Position numbers and translations under genes: made by a program. DNA of 64,000 nt from Candidatus Heimdallarchaeota archaeon (GTDB lineage: Archaea; Asgardarchaeota; Heimdallarchaeia; JABLTI01): NCBI GenBank assembly GCA_018238155.1, contig JABCTZ010000032.1, positions 64,001-128,000 on the forward strand. Direction: 5' to 3'. Below the pieces are notes generated by a model that worked only from the letters and a program-made list of their open reading frames with translations, had not been told where the DNA came from and did no database searches. This document shows, piece after piece, positions 47,328 through 57,738 of this stretch. How positions within the stretch are numbered: position 1 is the stretch's first letter; each line of letters starts with the position of its first letter.

Positions 47328-48197
47328 ATGGCGATAGAAAATGTTTGGATAATAGATAGTTCAAGTGGAATTTGTATCTATGATTGGTATGCTAGACAAC
47401 AAGATAAAAATATTGATGAACAACTTGTTTCAGGGTTATTAATAGCCTTTAAAAATTTTTCAAGTGAAGCTGGTCTTGTAGATATTTCTGCAATTGAAGG
47501 TATTGACAAAAAACTTGCCTACAAAACAGATGAGCAGTTTATCATTGCCGGTGTTTGCCACACCAAAGATTATGAAGCATTAGTTGATAGAACTTTCTTG
47601 GGATTATTGAAACAATTCAGGGAGAAGTATAAGGATTTGTTAGATAGTGGTATGACAACCGATGTGTCACCATTTAGAACATTTGATGAAGAGGTTAAAG
47701 AAGCACTAATAGATGTCTCATCCTCGAGAAATATTATAACCATGGTATCTGGAGTAATCACTTCTTTATTTATAGCTGGTTTAATATTTACTGGTTATTT
47801 CTTTGCTATTACGCCACTTCAAAGTGTTGTGGATCCTGGTGTTGCAAATATTATTGGTTTATTTCTTCTTCTAATTGGAATGATGATCGCAGGATTTGCG
47901 GGTGGGTTAGTTGCTGGCGATAGGAAGCTTGGCATAATCGCTTCTGTTCTTTCAACATTGCCAATACTTGGTTTAATGATAGGGTCGTTCAGTCCTTCAT
48001 GGAACGATGTTGGTGGTATTACATCAATAGTATTCTATTCATTACTCTATTTTCTACTCTTTGGTGCATTGTCTGCCGTTGGTGGTATGTTAGGTGGTTA
48101 TATTAAGGAAAGTAAGTTCTTCTTTCCTCCTACCGAATCTGATGAAGATGACAATGAAGAGGATGAAGAAGAGGAAAAATATGAAGAATTTGATTAA
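47328..48197 (+). CDS. Longin domain fused to four TMs and an acidic tail
   Basis: IENVWII..SSGICIY...DEQLVSGLLIAFKNFS.E...F.EKY...DVSPF..F; four hydrophobic helices; D/E tail. Confidence 0.75.
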   Translation: MAIENVWIIDSSSGICIYDWYARQQDKNIDEQLVSGLLIAFKNFSSEAGLVDISAIEGIDKKLAYKTDEQFIIAGVCHTKDYEALVDRTFLGLLKQFREKYKDLLDSGMTTDVSPFRTFDEEVKEALIDVSSSRNIITMVSGVITSLFIAGLIFTGYFFAITPLQSVVDPGVANIIGLFLLLIGMMIAGFAGGLVAGDRKLGIIASVLSTLPILGLMIGSFSPSWNDVGGITSIVFYSLLYFLLFGALSAVGGMLGGYIKESKFFFPPTESDEDDNEEDEEEEKYEEFD

Positions 48198-48259
48198 AAC
48201 AATTAATCATTTTTATAAAAATAAAACAAAGAGAAGAAGAAAATTCTTCTTCCATTTTT

Positions 48260-50839
48260 CTAAGCTATTTCTTGAGTATCAAATTGTAGTTGAGTCAATG
48301 CTGCAGTAATACCCGCATCATCTGTTATATCCATTGCATTGCTAATAGCTGTAAAAGCATCTCGCCATACTGCTAAATAGCTTTCAAAGTAATCTGGGAT
48401 TAATTCTGTATCAAGATTGCTAAAAATATCTGTTATTAGTATACTCTCAGCAGAATCCATTGTTGTTTGTGCACTGACGTAATCAGTAGCTTTATACTCT
48501 TCACAAGCCGTCCACAATAAACCTGTTGCATCAGCTAATTGTGCAGTATAATTACCAAATTCTTTTGGTTTGAAATCACTAATTAGTGTCTTTTCAAAAT
48601 CAGCACCAATATCATTGAAGAAACTACCATATTCGTTAGCATTTATCTTATTTCTAAATGATATTGCTGCAATATCAGCTAAGTCACCAAAGTTTTTTGT
48701 ATCTGTAGCATCAGCAATTATCGAAGGCATGGGTGAAGCTGTATAATCAACTGCAAGAATATCGTTTCCTTCTGTACTGAATATGCTTAAAACACTTGTA
48801 ATTCCAATATATGTGCTAGCAAAAGACTTCTGTTCATTGAGTAAAGGATCCATTAAGTCCAATAGATCTGTAAGCATCAATGAAAAACCATCTGTAATTT
48901 CAACAGCAAAGATAGCTCCTAATGTACCAGGATCAAAATCCTGAATACCTCCTTTTGATCGGATATCAGCGATTTTCATTGTTGCATTTTCGTAAGCTTC
49001 ATATGCTTCAACAAATCGATAATTCTTTAGATAGTCATTACCAACTAATGCGTAATATGAAATCCAGAGCATCTCCTTTGTAGGAGTTAAAGATTCATTA
49101 GCAAAACGTACAAATGATTGCAATCCATCAAGATGTCCTCGGTACTCGCCAAGTTTGTCTTGCAATTGAGATATAACATCACTTATTTTTTCTGGAAAAG
49201 TTGACAAATCTAATTCAGATAAGGATTCTGCAACTTCATCAAAAGAACCTGATACATCAGCTGTTTCTAAAACATTAAGAGCATAATTAAGGTTTTCTTG
49301 TGCAGCTTCCATACCTTCAATAGAGCTTCTGATACTTGCTCGTAAATCATCAGTATTTGTAACATTGTCTGCAAGGTAATTTGTGTCGCCATCACCAATA
49401 AAAGGTGAAGCGCTACTTGATTGTCCAAAATCAGCCATACTTCCAGTTGCATTATTGAAACTGTTAGTTAGTTGGAAAATTCCACTAAATAATGGATAGA
49501 GAACATGAGTAAAGGAAAGCGTAGCTAGTGCAAGCTGATCTCCTGCCTCAATCAATGGTCCGTACTGTCCAGATACTAGCACAGCAAAGTTAATCACACC
49601 AATATTTCTTAATCCTTGATAATTTATCTGAGAAATATTGAACCAATACCCTGCATCTTGAAGATTTCCTTCGATATTCTCTCCAAGAATAGATGGATTA
49701 TTATCTAAATCTTCAAAACTAGTAAATGCAGTTGTTAACTGTGATGATCCAGCCAAGAATGCAGTGCTTGCTTGTATAATTCCATATGTGGATGAAAATA
49801 GAATTGGTGTAAAAACAGCAAAGATTATTAGTCCAATACTGAGTAATGGAATTCCAATCCAATTGCCAACTTTCTTCTTTGGTTTTGCAATATTTTTGGT
49901 TAAAGCGGCAGCAATTGTAACCACAATTACCATCAGAACAAACATTAGAACTAAATCAATGATCCAAACCCATGTTTGAATTCGACCGAAATCAAAATTA
50001 ACATTAAATAGGCTTTGGAATGCCTCATATGCGCCTAATGCAAAATCCGTGCTTGCAAATAATGGTGTTAAAGGATTGAGTAGTGATAAATTAAATATCA
50101 AAGTTATAAACGGTAAAGCAAAGGTAACGGTAAAAATAATCAAAGCACCTATTAGTCCTTTCTGTATGCTTCTGCTAGCTAATCCTGGGATCATCAATGC
50201 AATAAGAACTACTACTAGCTCAATGTAATATAAATCAGGACTGCCTGCACCATTCTTCCATAATGGAATAGTGAACAATATTTCAGCTAAAATAGCGATA
50301 AATAGCCCTATGCCAAACCCAATCCAAAATGAAGTATTTTGTTTCTTCCTTTTCTTCTTCTTTTTCTTTTTGGGTTCTTTAATTTCAGTAACTTCAAAAG
50401 TATGCTCTTCGGCATCGATTTCAGCTACTTGCCCTTCTTCATCGAAATCAATTGGTTTTTCGTCAGGTAGGGGTATTGTAGGAATATCTAATTCTATTTC
50501 TGCTTCTTCTTCTGAAACTTCCTCGACTTCTTCCTCATCTTCAGTAATCTCTTCAATTTCAACAACTGGTTCAGTTTCTAGTTCTTCGTCTGTTTTCTCG
50601 ATTTCAGCTTCGCTTTCTTCGATAGAATCATCTGTTGTAACAGTTTCTTCTATTTCTTCTGAACTTTCTGTTGATTCAAGATCTTCAGCAATTTCTTCGC
50701 TGTCTTTCTCAACTTCATTGGAGATTTCTGCTTCTTCGGTTTGAAGAGGGTTTTCTTTGTCCTCTTCCTCAGTCACTTGAGTGGTTTCAGCTTCCTCTTG
50801 GGTTTCTTCTAATTCACCCTTAATATTTTCTTCGGACAA
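48260..50839 (-). CDS. Membrane protein: ~150 aa Glu-rich N-terminus, poly-Lys, about five TMs, long helical domain
   Basis: Composition and hydrophobic segments read from the translation. Confidence 0.7.
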   Translation of the reverse strand: MSEENIKGELEETQEEAETTQVTEEEDKENPLQTEEAEISNEVEKDSEEIAEDLESTESSEEIEETVTTDDSIEESEAEIEKTDEELETEPVVEIEEITEDEEEVEEVSEEEAEIELDIPTIPLPDEKPIDFDEEGQVAEIDAEEHTFEVTEIKEPKKKKKKKRKKQNTSFWIGFGIGLFIAILAEILFTIPLWKNGAGSPDLYYIELVVVLIALMIPGLASRSIQKGLIGALIIFTVTFALPFITLIFNLSLLNPLTPLFASTDFALGAYEAFQSLFNVNFDFGRIQTWVWIIDLVLMFVLMVIVVTIAAALTKNIAKPKKKVGNWIGIPLLSIGLIIFAVFTPILFSSTYGIIQASTAFLAGSSQLTTAFTSFEDLDNNPSILGENIEGNLQDAGYWFNISQINYQGLRNIGVINFAVLVSGQYGPLIEAGDQLALATLSFTHVLYPLFSGIFQLTNSFNNATGSMADFGQSSSASPFIGDGDTNYLADNVTNTDDLRASIRSSIEGMEAAQENLNYALNVLETADVSGSFDEVAESLSELDLSTFPEKISDVISQLQDKLGEYRGHLDGLQSFVRFANESLTPTKEMLWISYYALVGNDYLKNYRFVEAYEAYENATMKIADIRSKGGIQDFDPGTLGAIFAVEITDGFSLMLTDLLDLMDPLLNEQKSFASTYIGITSVLSIFSTEGNDILAVDYTASPMPSIIADATDTKNFGDLADIAAISFRNKINANEYGSFFNDIGADFEKTLISDFKPKEFGNYTAQLADATGLLWTACEEYKATDYVSAQTTMDSAESILITDIFSNLDTELIPDYFESYLAVWRDAFTAISNAMDITDDAGITAALTQLQFDTQEIA

Positions 50840-51020
50840 CTGTAATCATTTCCTCCGATTTTTTATAATCTACATCTAAATCAATTACAAAATGAAAGCT
50901 AATATAGCAGCTCTAATTTTGTTACTAAACTATATTCTGAGCTTAGTGTATAATAAGATAACTGCCTTTACATAATTTAACAACAAAAAATCGAACCAAA
51001 AAAGATTTCCTTTCCAATTT

Positions 51021-51443
51021 TTATTTGAAAACAACTCTAAAGTCAGAAGCAATTTCTTTTTCAAATTGAAGTGCATTTTGGTAAAGCTTATGGATTGATC
51101 CAATCTCTCTCTTGTTCTTAGGTAAAAAAGCAATAATAGTAATTTTTGTATCAAGATTTTCTTTCCCTATTTGTGAGATAAAATGATAAGCAATATCAAT
51201 ATTTTTCTCTGATTCCCAAGCTTGTATTGCAGCTAATTTTTTCACTCCTCGTAAGTTAAGGAATTTTGCTACATCAAACATGAACCCTGGTTTAAGTGTT
51301 GCTTTGTATTCTCTCTCTCTTTGAGAGACAGGACCTTTAATATTCTGTCCAAATACTTTCTTTATATTCTCAAAGAGAAGTGGAAGAGTTTTAGTATCTA
51401 AAATTTTACTATGGGTAATTGATGAATTCGTATTTGACATCAT
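51021..51443 (-). CDS. Orphan NuoC/EchD-like (complex I 30 kDa) protein
   Basis: L.AI.A......I.YHF...SIHKLYQNALQFEKEIASDFRVVF resembles the SITxxYPxAxxxERExxDxFGxxF motif. Confidence 0.7.
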   Translation of the reverse strand: MMSNTNSSITHSKILDTKTLPLLFENIKKVFGQNIKGPVSQREREYKATLKPGFMFDVAKFLNLRGVKKLAAIQAWESEKNIDIAYHFISQIGKENLDTKITIIAFLPKNKREIGSIHKLYQNALQFEKEIASDFRVVFK

Positions 51444-51727
51444 TCTCTCTCAATAAATTCTCTAATTATTAATCTATTATTCTTACCTTTAGAGTTTTCG
51501 ATTTATTTTACCCTCTAGGAAAAAAGCATTAAATTCAATTAATGCTTCTTACTTTGTTATTGTCAGTATCAAATAATTACAGTAAAATTCCTATATAGTT
51601 CTGTTTTTAAATGGTTGATAGTATCTTAATTTAGGACACGTTTGGTTTCGTAGTTGTAAATAGAAACAATTTTTCTCCTACAGAATCTTCTATCCTGTAA
51701 ATCATATTGGGAAAATGATCGACAACA

Positions 51728-52003
51728 ATGTCTGTACAAAAAATATTTGGTTTGATTGTAACTGAACAAAAAGTTCCATTACTAGAAAAACCAGAAGAAA
51801 AAGATCAATGTTATTTATGCGGTTTTACATTTGGTGATGAGGATTGCGTATTGGTACTTGTAAATGAAGATCTCAATGAACGTAGAAAGACTCATCAGAA
51901 ATGTTTACAGAGTCATATACAATTAATATCTAAAGATACAAAAATAGCTCTCGTTTGTGTAGAAACAAATGAAGTAATCGCTTATACTACAAATGGGAAA
52001 TAA
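51728..52003 (+). CDS. Small hypothetical Zn-finger protein
   Basis: CYLC...HQKC. Confidence 0.6.
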   Translation: MSVQKIFGLIVTEQKVPLLEKPEEKDQCYLCGFTFGDEDCVLVLVNEDLNERRKTHQKCLQSHIQLISKDTKIALVCVETNEVIAYTTNGK

Positions 52004-52140
52004 TCTAATAGAAGTCTGTTTTTTGGCTCCATTATTTCACAGCTTATTGATTTTGCATTTGAAATCCCAGAATAACAATTAAACATAAATTCTATATGTA
52101 AGATAATAGTATCATACATTAAATAGTAGAGTTATTCTAA

Positions 52141-53166
52141 GTGGAGTGTAAAGAATTGGCGCAAAAAGTTTTCGTTTCTACAAATTTGACCCCAAATATA
52201 TTGATGCATGTTTTTTCTTGCCTTGAAATTGAGGGGTCGTTTTACGATTCCGAGTATGGAATGAAGCATCATTTCACTTTGTTGGATGATGAATATGAAG
52301 AATGGAATGGACACGCAAAGAAATGCATGACTCTTGGATGCAATGCTGAACTTTATGCTGTTCTTTTTCAAATCCCAAGCTTTATTCCAACAGATGACAT
52401 TGATATGATACTTGGTTCATTTGATAAAATCTCTGAAGCTTTAACAGAAGGGTCAATTGATGTTTTAATAGCAAGTTACCCTGAATTATTTGATACATTG
52501 TCAACATATGCTCCAAAGGAAGTTTTTGATAATCATTTTAAAAAGCTAAACAATCATGTTGAAACCATACAAAAGGTAATAGTTTTTTTCAAGAAGATTC
52601 TAAGAGGGCTCTGGGAAAGGTTCTATTCTGAATACTGGGAAAAAGAAGGTAAAATTAAATTACTAAAAAGGGCCGAGCATTTAAATACCATAATTAACCC
52701 GATAAATATTGTAAGTGCTTGGCATAAGGTTTTGAAATTGGACTTTCCATATTCAGAATTCTCTGCTATTCTTGTAGAAGCAACAAATACCGTTGCTACG
52801 AACCTTTTAGCAGAACAAGTGATGATTTCATTAAAAGCCGAAGATAAAGACGTTTACAAAATATTGACTCATGAAGTTGGAAGAAGCTTCTTACTCAATA
52901 CAAAGCTATTTGAAAACGAAAAAATAAAAGTGATAGCTGATTCTAATATAGATCGACTTTCTATGATTATTGATGCAGCTTGTTTACATATTAAAGGGTG
53001 CTTATTTGATACTTTAAGAATTCGGTCTGATGAGCTTGATCCCTATGTTGTTCCTGGAATCAAAGAAATAGTGGATATCTTTGGTACAATTTGGGATACG
53101 ATGGATGAGAAGAATATTTTTGAAGTAATTTCTCAAACTTATAATAAATTATCACCTATTGCTTAA
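52141..53166 (+). CDS. Hypothetical protein, possibly a degenerate zincin fold
   Basis: Long ORF with normal codon usage; ILTHEVGR where HExxH would be expected. Confidence 0.6.
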   Translation: MECKELAQKVFVSTNLTPNILMHVFSCLEIEGSFYDSEYGMKHHFTLLDDEYEEWNGHAKKCMTLGCNAELYAVLFQIPSFIPTDDIDMILGSFDKISEALTEGSIDVLIASYPELFDTLSTYAPKEVFDNHFKKLNNHVETIQKVIVFFKKILRGLWERFYSEYWEKEGKIKLLKRAEHLNTIINPINIVSAWHKVLKLDFPYSEFSAILVEATNTVATNLLAEQVMISLKAEDKDVYKILTHEVGRSFLLNTKLFENEKIKVIADSNIDRLSMIIDAACLHIKGCLFDTLRIRSDELDPYVVPGIKEIVDIFGTIWDTMDEKNIFEVISQTYNKLSPIA

Positions 53167-53254
53167 TCATCATCCTTTTTTTGCTATTTTTTTAAATAGT
53201 AAATATATAGTAACAGTTATTTTTTACTAGGATATCTATTATCTGGTTATAAAA

Positions 53255-54427
53255 ATGAATGTTGCAGAAATCGTAGATCAGATTGATTCTGAACTGATAA
53301 TTCGACTTACAAAAAAATTGGTTTCAATGGATAGTCAAAATCCACCTGGTAAATGTAATCACCATGCAAAATTCCTTGCAGAAGAATGTAAGAAGTTTGG
53401 TTTCGAAACAAAAATCTATCCGCTTGACGATAATCGTCACAATATTACTGTTTCTTTTGGAGAAGGTGAACGGGATATAGTACTAAGTGGTCATCTTGAT
53501 ACAGTTCCAATTGGTGATTCTTCCAATTGGAAATATCCGCCATTAAAAGCGACAGAAGAAAATGGACGATTGTATGGGCGTGGAACTGTAGATATGCTTG
53601 GAGGAGTTGCAACTCTGATTGGTGTTATGGAACTTCTTCATAGAATGGATATAAAATTTAATCACAGAATTGTTTTTGTCGGAACCGCGGATGAGGAGGT
53701 AGGAATGCTTGGTGCATTTCATTTACAAGAAAAGGGCATAATGGATGCTGCTGATTGTTTGATTATTACTGAAGCTACTGCCCTTAAAATAGGCATAGCT
53801 GAGAAAGGACCATATTGGATTAGGTTATATGTAAAAGGAAAATCTGCTCATGGAAGCATGCCTGATGTTGGAATTAATGCTATTGAAGGTGCATGTATTG
53901 CTATTAAATATCTAAAAGAAATTATACCTGTTGTAGAGCATGATCTCCTTGGGAGGACAACAGTAAATATTGGTAGTATAAAGGGTGGAGAGAAAATCAA
54001 CATTGTAGCTGATGAGTGTTATATTGACTGCGATTTTCGACTTATTCCAAGCGTTAATCGTAAAGAGTTTGATTTAGAAATAGAAAAATTAATGGTTCGA
54101 CTCTCAGAAGAGTATCCTTGTACATATTTTCATGAAGTTCTTCATGCAGTCCCAGCTCTTAGTACAAAACCAGATAATCTAATAATTCAAAATTTATTGA
54201 AATGGTCCAATAAAATTGCTAAGCATCCACCAGAACCAATAGGATTAGCTTATGCTACTGATGCCGCAGCATTAATTCCACCTAGGGATATTCCTTTTGC
54301 AATAATAGGTGGTGGCTCTCCTTCATTGCTCCACCAGGATAATGAATATGTGGAAATAGCTGAATTAATTGCTGCTGCTAAAATAATTGCCGGAGCAATC
54401 ATTGATACTTATGGGAAAGAGAAATAA
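53255..54427 (+). CDS. M20A ArgE/DapE-family deacylase
   Basis: SQNPPG, GHLDTVP, YGRGTVDM.GG, ADEE, AEKG, GKSAHGS.P..GINAI, TDA, HQDNE. Confidence 0.93.
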   Translation: MNVAEIVDQIDSELIIRLTKKLVSMDSQNPPGKCNHHAKFLAEECKKFGFETKIYPLDDNRHNITVSFGEGERDIVLSGHLDTVPIGDSSNWKYPPLKATEENGRLYGRGTVDMLGGVATLIGVMELLHRMDIKFNHRIVFVGTADEEVGMLGAFHLQEKGIMDAADCLIITEATALKIGIAEKGPYWIRLYVKGKSAHGSMPDVGINAIEGACIAIKYLKEIIPVVEHDLLGRTTVNIGSIKGGEKINIVADECYIDCDFRLIPSVNRKEFDLEIEKLMVRLSEEYPCTYFHEVLHAVPALSTKPDNLIIQNLLKWSNKIAKHPPEPIGLAYATDAAALIPPRDIPFAIIGGGSPSLLHQDNEYVEIAELIAAAKIIAGAIIDTYGKEK

Positions 54428-54517
54428 ACTCTTTCTTATTTCTTTTAAGAAAGTTTTTTATTGTATGTCGGGACTCAACAAATAGAGAAATGGCTCTTTA
54501 GCTGATAATTATTAGAT

Positions 54518-54976
54518 TTGGTGAAAAAAGAAATGTTAGAAATTAATAAAAGAGAAGATTGGGCATTTTTCTTCTTCTTTGTTGGTGGTAATATGATGGT
54601 CTTTAATGCAATTATCGGTTTTATTATTGCATTTGTTGAAGGCTCAACGATGTATTTCTTAGACGGTTTTGGATTATTTGCATTTATTACTACTACTGGT
54701 TCAAATTGGAATCTTATTTTGGGTGGTATAATTACTATATTTGTAGGAATAATTGCTATTTTAGTTGGCTTGAAACTATTTCTAGTACCTTTTAAAGCAT
54801 TTATGACTAAAATCGATTTAGCAATAACTGGATTGGTTCTTTTATTGCTTGGTGCAAGTTCATTTACTACTGGTGGTTTACTACTTTTTATAGGTGGAGT
54901 CTATTGTTTCATTTATAGATTAACTGTAGAAGGAGCAAAAAATCCGAAAGCAACATCTGCAAGCAAAACCACTTAA
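54518..54976 (+). CDS. Small Gly-rich membrane protein (about four TMs)
   Basis: Hydrophobic segments in the translation; start may be ATG 54533. Confidence 0.65.
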   Translation: MVKKEMLEINKREDWAFFFFFVGGNMMVFNAIIGFIIAFVEGSTMYFLDGFGLFAFITTTGSNWNLILGGIITIFVGIIAILVGLKLFLVPFKAFMTKIDLAITGLVLLLLGASSFTTGGLLLFIGGVYCFIYRLTVEGAKNPKATSASKTT

Positions 54977-55092
54977 ACATCCTTTTTTCATTTTGATTTC
55001 CACTTTACTCAAAAATAACACTTTCCAAACTAAAAATCTTTTAAGGATAAATCATTAGGAAACCTATAAAACATATTTCGAGCGAAAGATCT

Positions 55093-57363
55093 ATGGATAA
55101 GGAAAAATATTCCGATGAAGATAATGCTCTTTCAGCATTTGATAATTTTGAAACTTTATCAGAAAGTAATAATTTTAAAATAAATTTTCTAAGTGGTGGA
55201 ACATCATTAGAAAAATCTCAGCATATTGTCTCGAAAATATCTGAAATTGATGATCTTGGTAATTTTCAAGTTATTTTACCTTATTTAAAGAAATTAGAGG
55301 GAATAGTTAAATCTAACACAAAAAACAATGAAATCTTTTTTTGTTTAATTGAAGGCATAACAATTGCATTACAATCACTTGAGGATGATAGAAATGAAGA
55401 AATTCTCATTCAAATAATGGATAAAATCATTCTACTACTTCAGATAAATGTTAAGAATGCAGATTATTTGGCTGCTTTGTGTGATGTGTTTCTTCTTGCA
55501 GAAGAGGTTTTCACAAACAATGATTTGTTAGAAGATCTAGAGAAATACACTCATTTTCTCATTAATTTCTCTCTTGAACATTCAAATAACATTATATTAA
55601 GAACTTCTGCTGCAGATGCAGTAATTATAACTCTCTCTGGATTCGGAATTGATTGGAATTATGAGAAAACTAAGCAATACGGAAAGCTATTGAGGGGATT
55701 ACTTCCGCCTTCTGAAACCAGTGGAATCTTCGCGGGAATACTGATTAAAGGGTTGGCAGAAGAAATTAAGTGTTATGGAGATATGCATGAATTTGGTGCT
55801 TTAGAACGTTCACTTACATTAATGAAAGAAGTTTACTCATCAAATTCAGATTTTAAAATAGAGCTGATTGAAGATTATACAAATGGTTTGATAAATGCTC
55901 TTCGTTGGTTTGGCGAACAAGAAGAAGATTACAATAAAATGATGGCATTACTAAATGAAGTAGCTCAACTTACAAAAGAAAATGCCTTTTTTGAACCGAT
56001 AAAAATTGCTTATGCAAAAGGTTTGAGAATTGCCCTCGACCTTTCCGGTATAATGGATGATCTCGATACTGCTACAAAATTAGCTAAAGCTTTGTATGTT
56101 CTTTCTGAAGAAAATCCAAATATTCGGAAAGTTCAGGTTATTGCTTCAATTGGTTTATTTAAAGCTGCAACTTGGGCGGGGGCATTTTGGGAAACGGGAT
56201 TTGTCACTTCTCTTCTTTCAGATGTAGGTAAAATTCACGAACGATTTCCAAACGATAATAACTTTAAGAAACAACTAGGAAGAGGCTTATTCAACTTAAC
56301 AAAAATATTGACAAAGGTTGGCAAAAAGAAGATTATTGAAAAAATTCTATTTGAAATTAGAAAATTACATAAAGATAATCCTGACTTAATTGAAGTAGCT
56401 CAATATTATTCCAAGTCAATTGTTAATGCGATATTTCTTTTTGGTGAAGTGTCCGAATCTAAAGAAGAAATTTTCTCTTATTTATCTCATTCCAAAATAT
56501 TAGTAAAGACATATCCTGAGGATGAAGAGATAATTTTGAATTACTCCAAAGCTCTTGTTAATGTCATTAGAATTCTAGGGAAATTTGGGCAGTTAGATAA
56601 AATGGAACAAATGCTTGATACTCTAAGAGATTTCAGTACAGAATATGACTCTCGAGTTGTGTTAATTCGTTTAGCTAAAGCATATATTGATGCCATAACC
56701 GCTTATGGAGAAATGACTGAACTCGAAAAAATCATCCCTCTTTACAATGAATTGATTAATTGGGCTGAAGACGATATAGAAGACGTTGTTTTTCAAATTT
56801 TATTAGCAAAAGCAATTGTGAATATTGTAAGCAGTTTTGGTAAAAATAGTAAATATACTGAGATGGAGGTATATCTCGATGATTTACGTTTATTGGTCAA
56901 TGAATTTCCTGAACTTTCGGATGTGAATGTTCAATTAGCTAAAGGATTGTCATTAGCAATACGTTGGTTCATCCAAGCTAATAATTCTGAAAAAGCATTT
57001 GAATTACTGAATGAGATTAATAGGTTACAGTTACAATTTGCAGATGAATTCGAGTTCCATGAGTTATATGCTCGTGCTTCTAGAAGATTATTAGTGTATT
57101 CCACACAAGAAGGAAAAATTTCAAGAGCAAGTTTAATGCTTGAAAATCTTAGAGTATTATTCAAGGCTTATCCAACTGCTGAAATTATTCAATTAGAATT
57201 GGCAAGAGGCTTGTCCTATACAATAATAAAGAAATCCAATGATTATAAAGATCCTATTTTACAATCCTTAGTGATGGAGATAAAAGGCTTGAGAATACAA
57301 TTTCCAAATAACGATAAATTGGAAGAAATCTATATTGCGGTAGAACCGATTTTTAAGGATTAG
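55093..57363 (+). CDS. Alpha-helical repeat (TPR-like solenoid) protein
   Basis: ~45 aa units (L/Y)AKxLxNxxxxxG...xLxxLxxLxxxFP. Confidence 0.75.
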   Translation: MDKEKYSDEDNALSAFDNFETLSESNNFKINFLSGGTSLEKSQHIVSKISEIDDLGNFQVILPYLKKLEGIVKSNTKNNEIFFCLIEGITIALQSLEDDRNEEILIQIMDKIILLLQINVKNADYLAALCDVFLLAEEVFTNNDLLEDLEKYTHFLINFSLEHSNNIILRTSAADAVIITLSGFGIDWNYEKTKQYGKLLRGLLPPSETSGIFAGILIKGLAEEIKCYGDMHEFGALERSLTLMKEVYSSNSDFKIELIEDYTNGLINALRWFGEQEEDYNKMMALLNEVAQLTKENAFFEPIKIAYAKGLRIALDLSGIMDDLDTATKLAKALYVLSEENPNIRKVQVIASIGLFKAATWAGAFWETGFVTSLLSDVGKIHERFPNDNNFKKQLGRGLFNLTKILTKVGKKKIIEKILFEIRKLHKDNPDLIEVAQYYSKSIVNAIFLFGEVSESKEEIFSYLSHSKILVKTYPEDEEIILNYSKALVNVIRILGKFGQLDKMEQMLDTLRDFSTEYDSRVVLIRLAKAYIDAITAYGEMTELEKIIPLYNELINWAEDDIEDVVFQILLAKAIVNIVSSFGKNSKYTEMEVYLDDLRLLVNEFPELSDVNVQLAKGLSLAIRWFIQANNSEKAFELLNEINRLQLQFADEFEFHELYARASRRLLVYSTQEGKISRASLMLENLRVLFKAYPTAEIIQLELARGLSYTIIKKSNDYKDPILQSLVMEIKGLRIQFPNNDKLEEIYIAVEPIFKD

Positions 57364-57372
57364 AAATTTCAA

Positions 57373-57579
57373 TTATTCTAAAGGTGGAAAGATATCTTCA
57401 ACAGGTCCTCGTTTTCGTTGGTTCCGAGGTCTAGGAATTCTATTAAGTGGATCAGGTGGCAGATTGCGATAACACTCTTTACAAACAAGTTTTGGTCCAT
57501 TTGGAAAATTATAAACCTTTAATTCTTCACGCATAGCGACTTTGTGACATATACTGCAATGATCAAATGACTGAAGCAT
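57373..57579 (-). CDS. Small Zn-finger protein with Pro/Arg-rich tail
   Basis: CSIC...VCKEC, then PPDP...PRPR; SD-like GAAGG. Confidence 0.55.
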   Translation of the reverse strand: MLQSFDHCSICHKVAMREELKVYNFPNGPKLVCKECYRNLPPDPLNRIPRPRNQRKRGPVEDIFPPLE

Positions 57580-57738
57580 TTTTCCTTCAACTCTAATATA
57601 GATAATCCAAACTTATAATAATGCTACTCCGTTATCAAATAAAAAAGTTCCATTAATAGAAAGCTTTTTCAAAAGCAAAGATTTGTTCAGCAATTATCAA
57701 CTTTCAGTAAAACTTGAATAACTATCTTGGTGAAAAAA

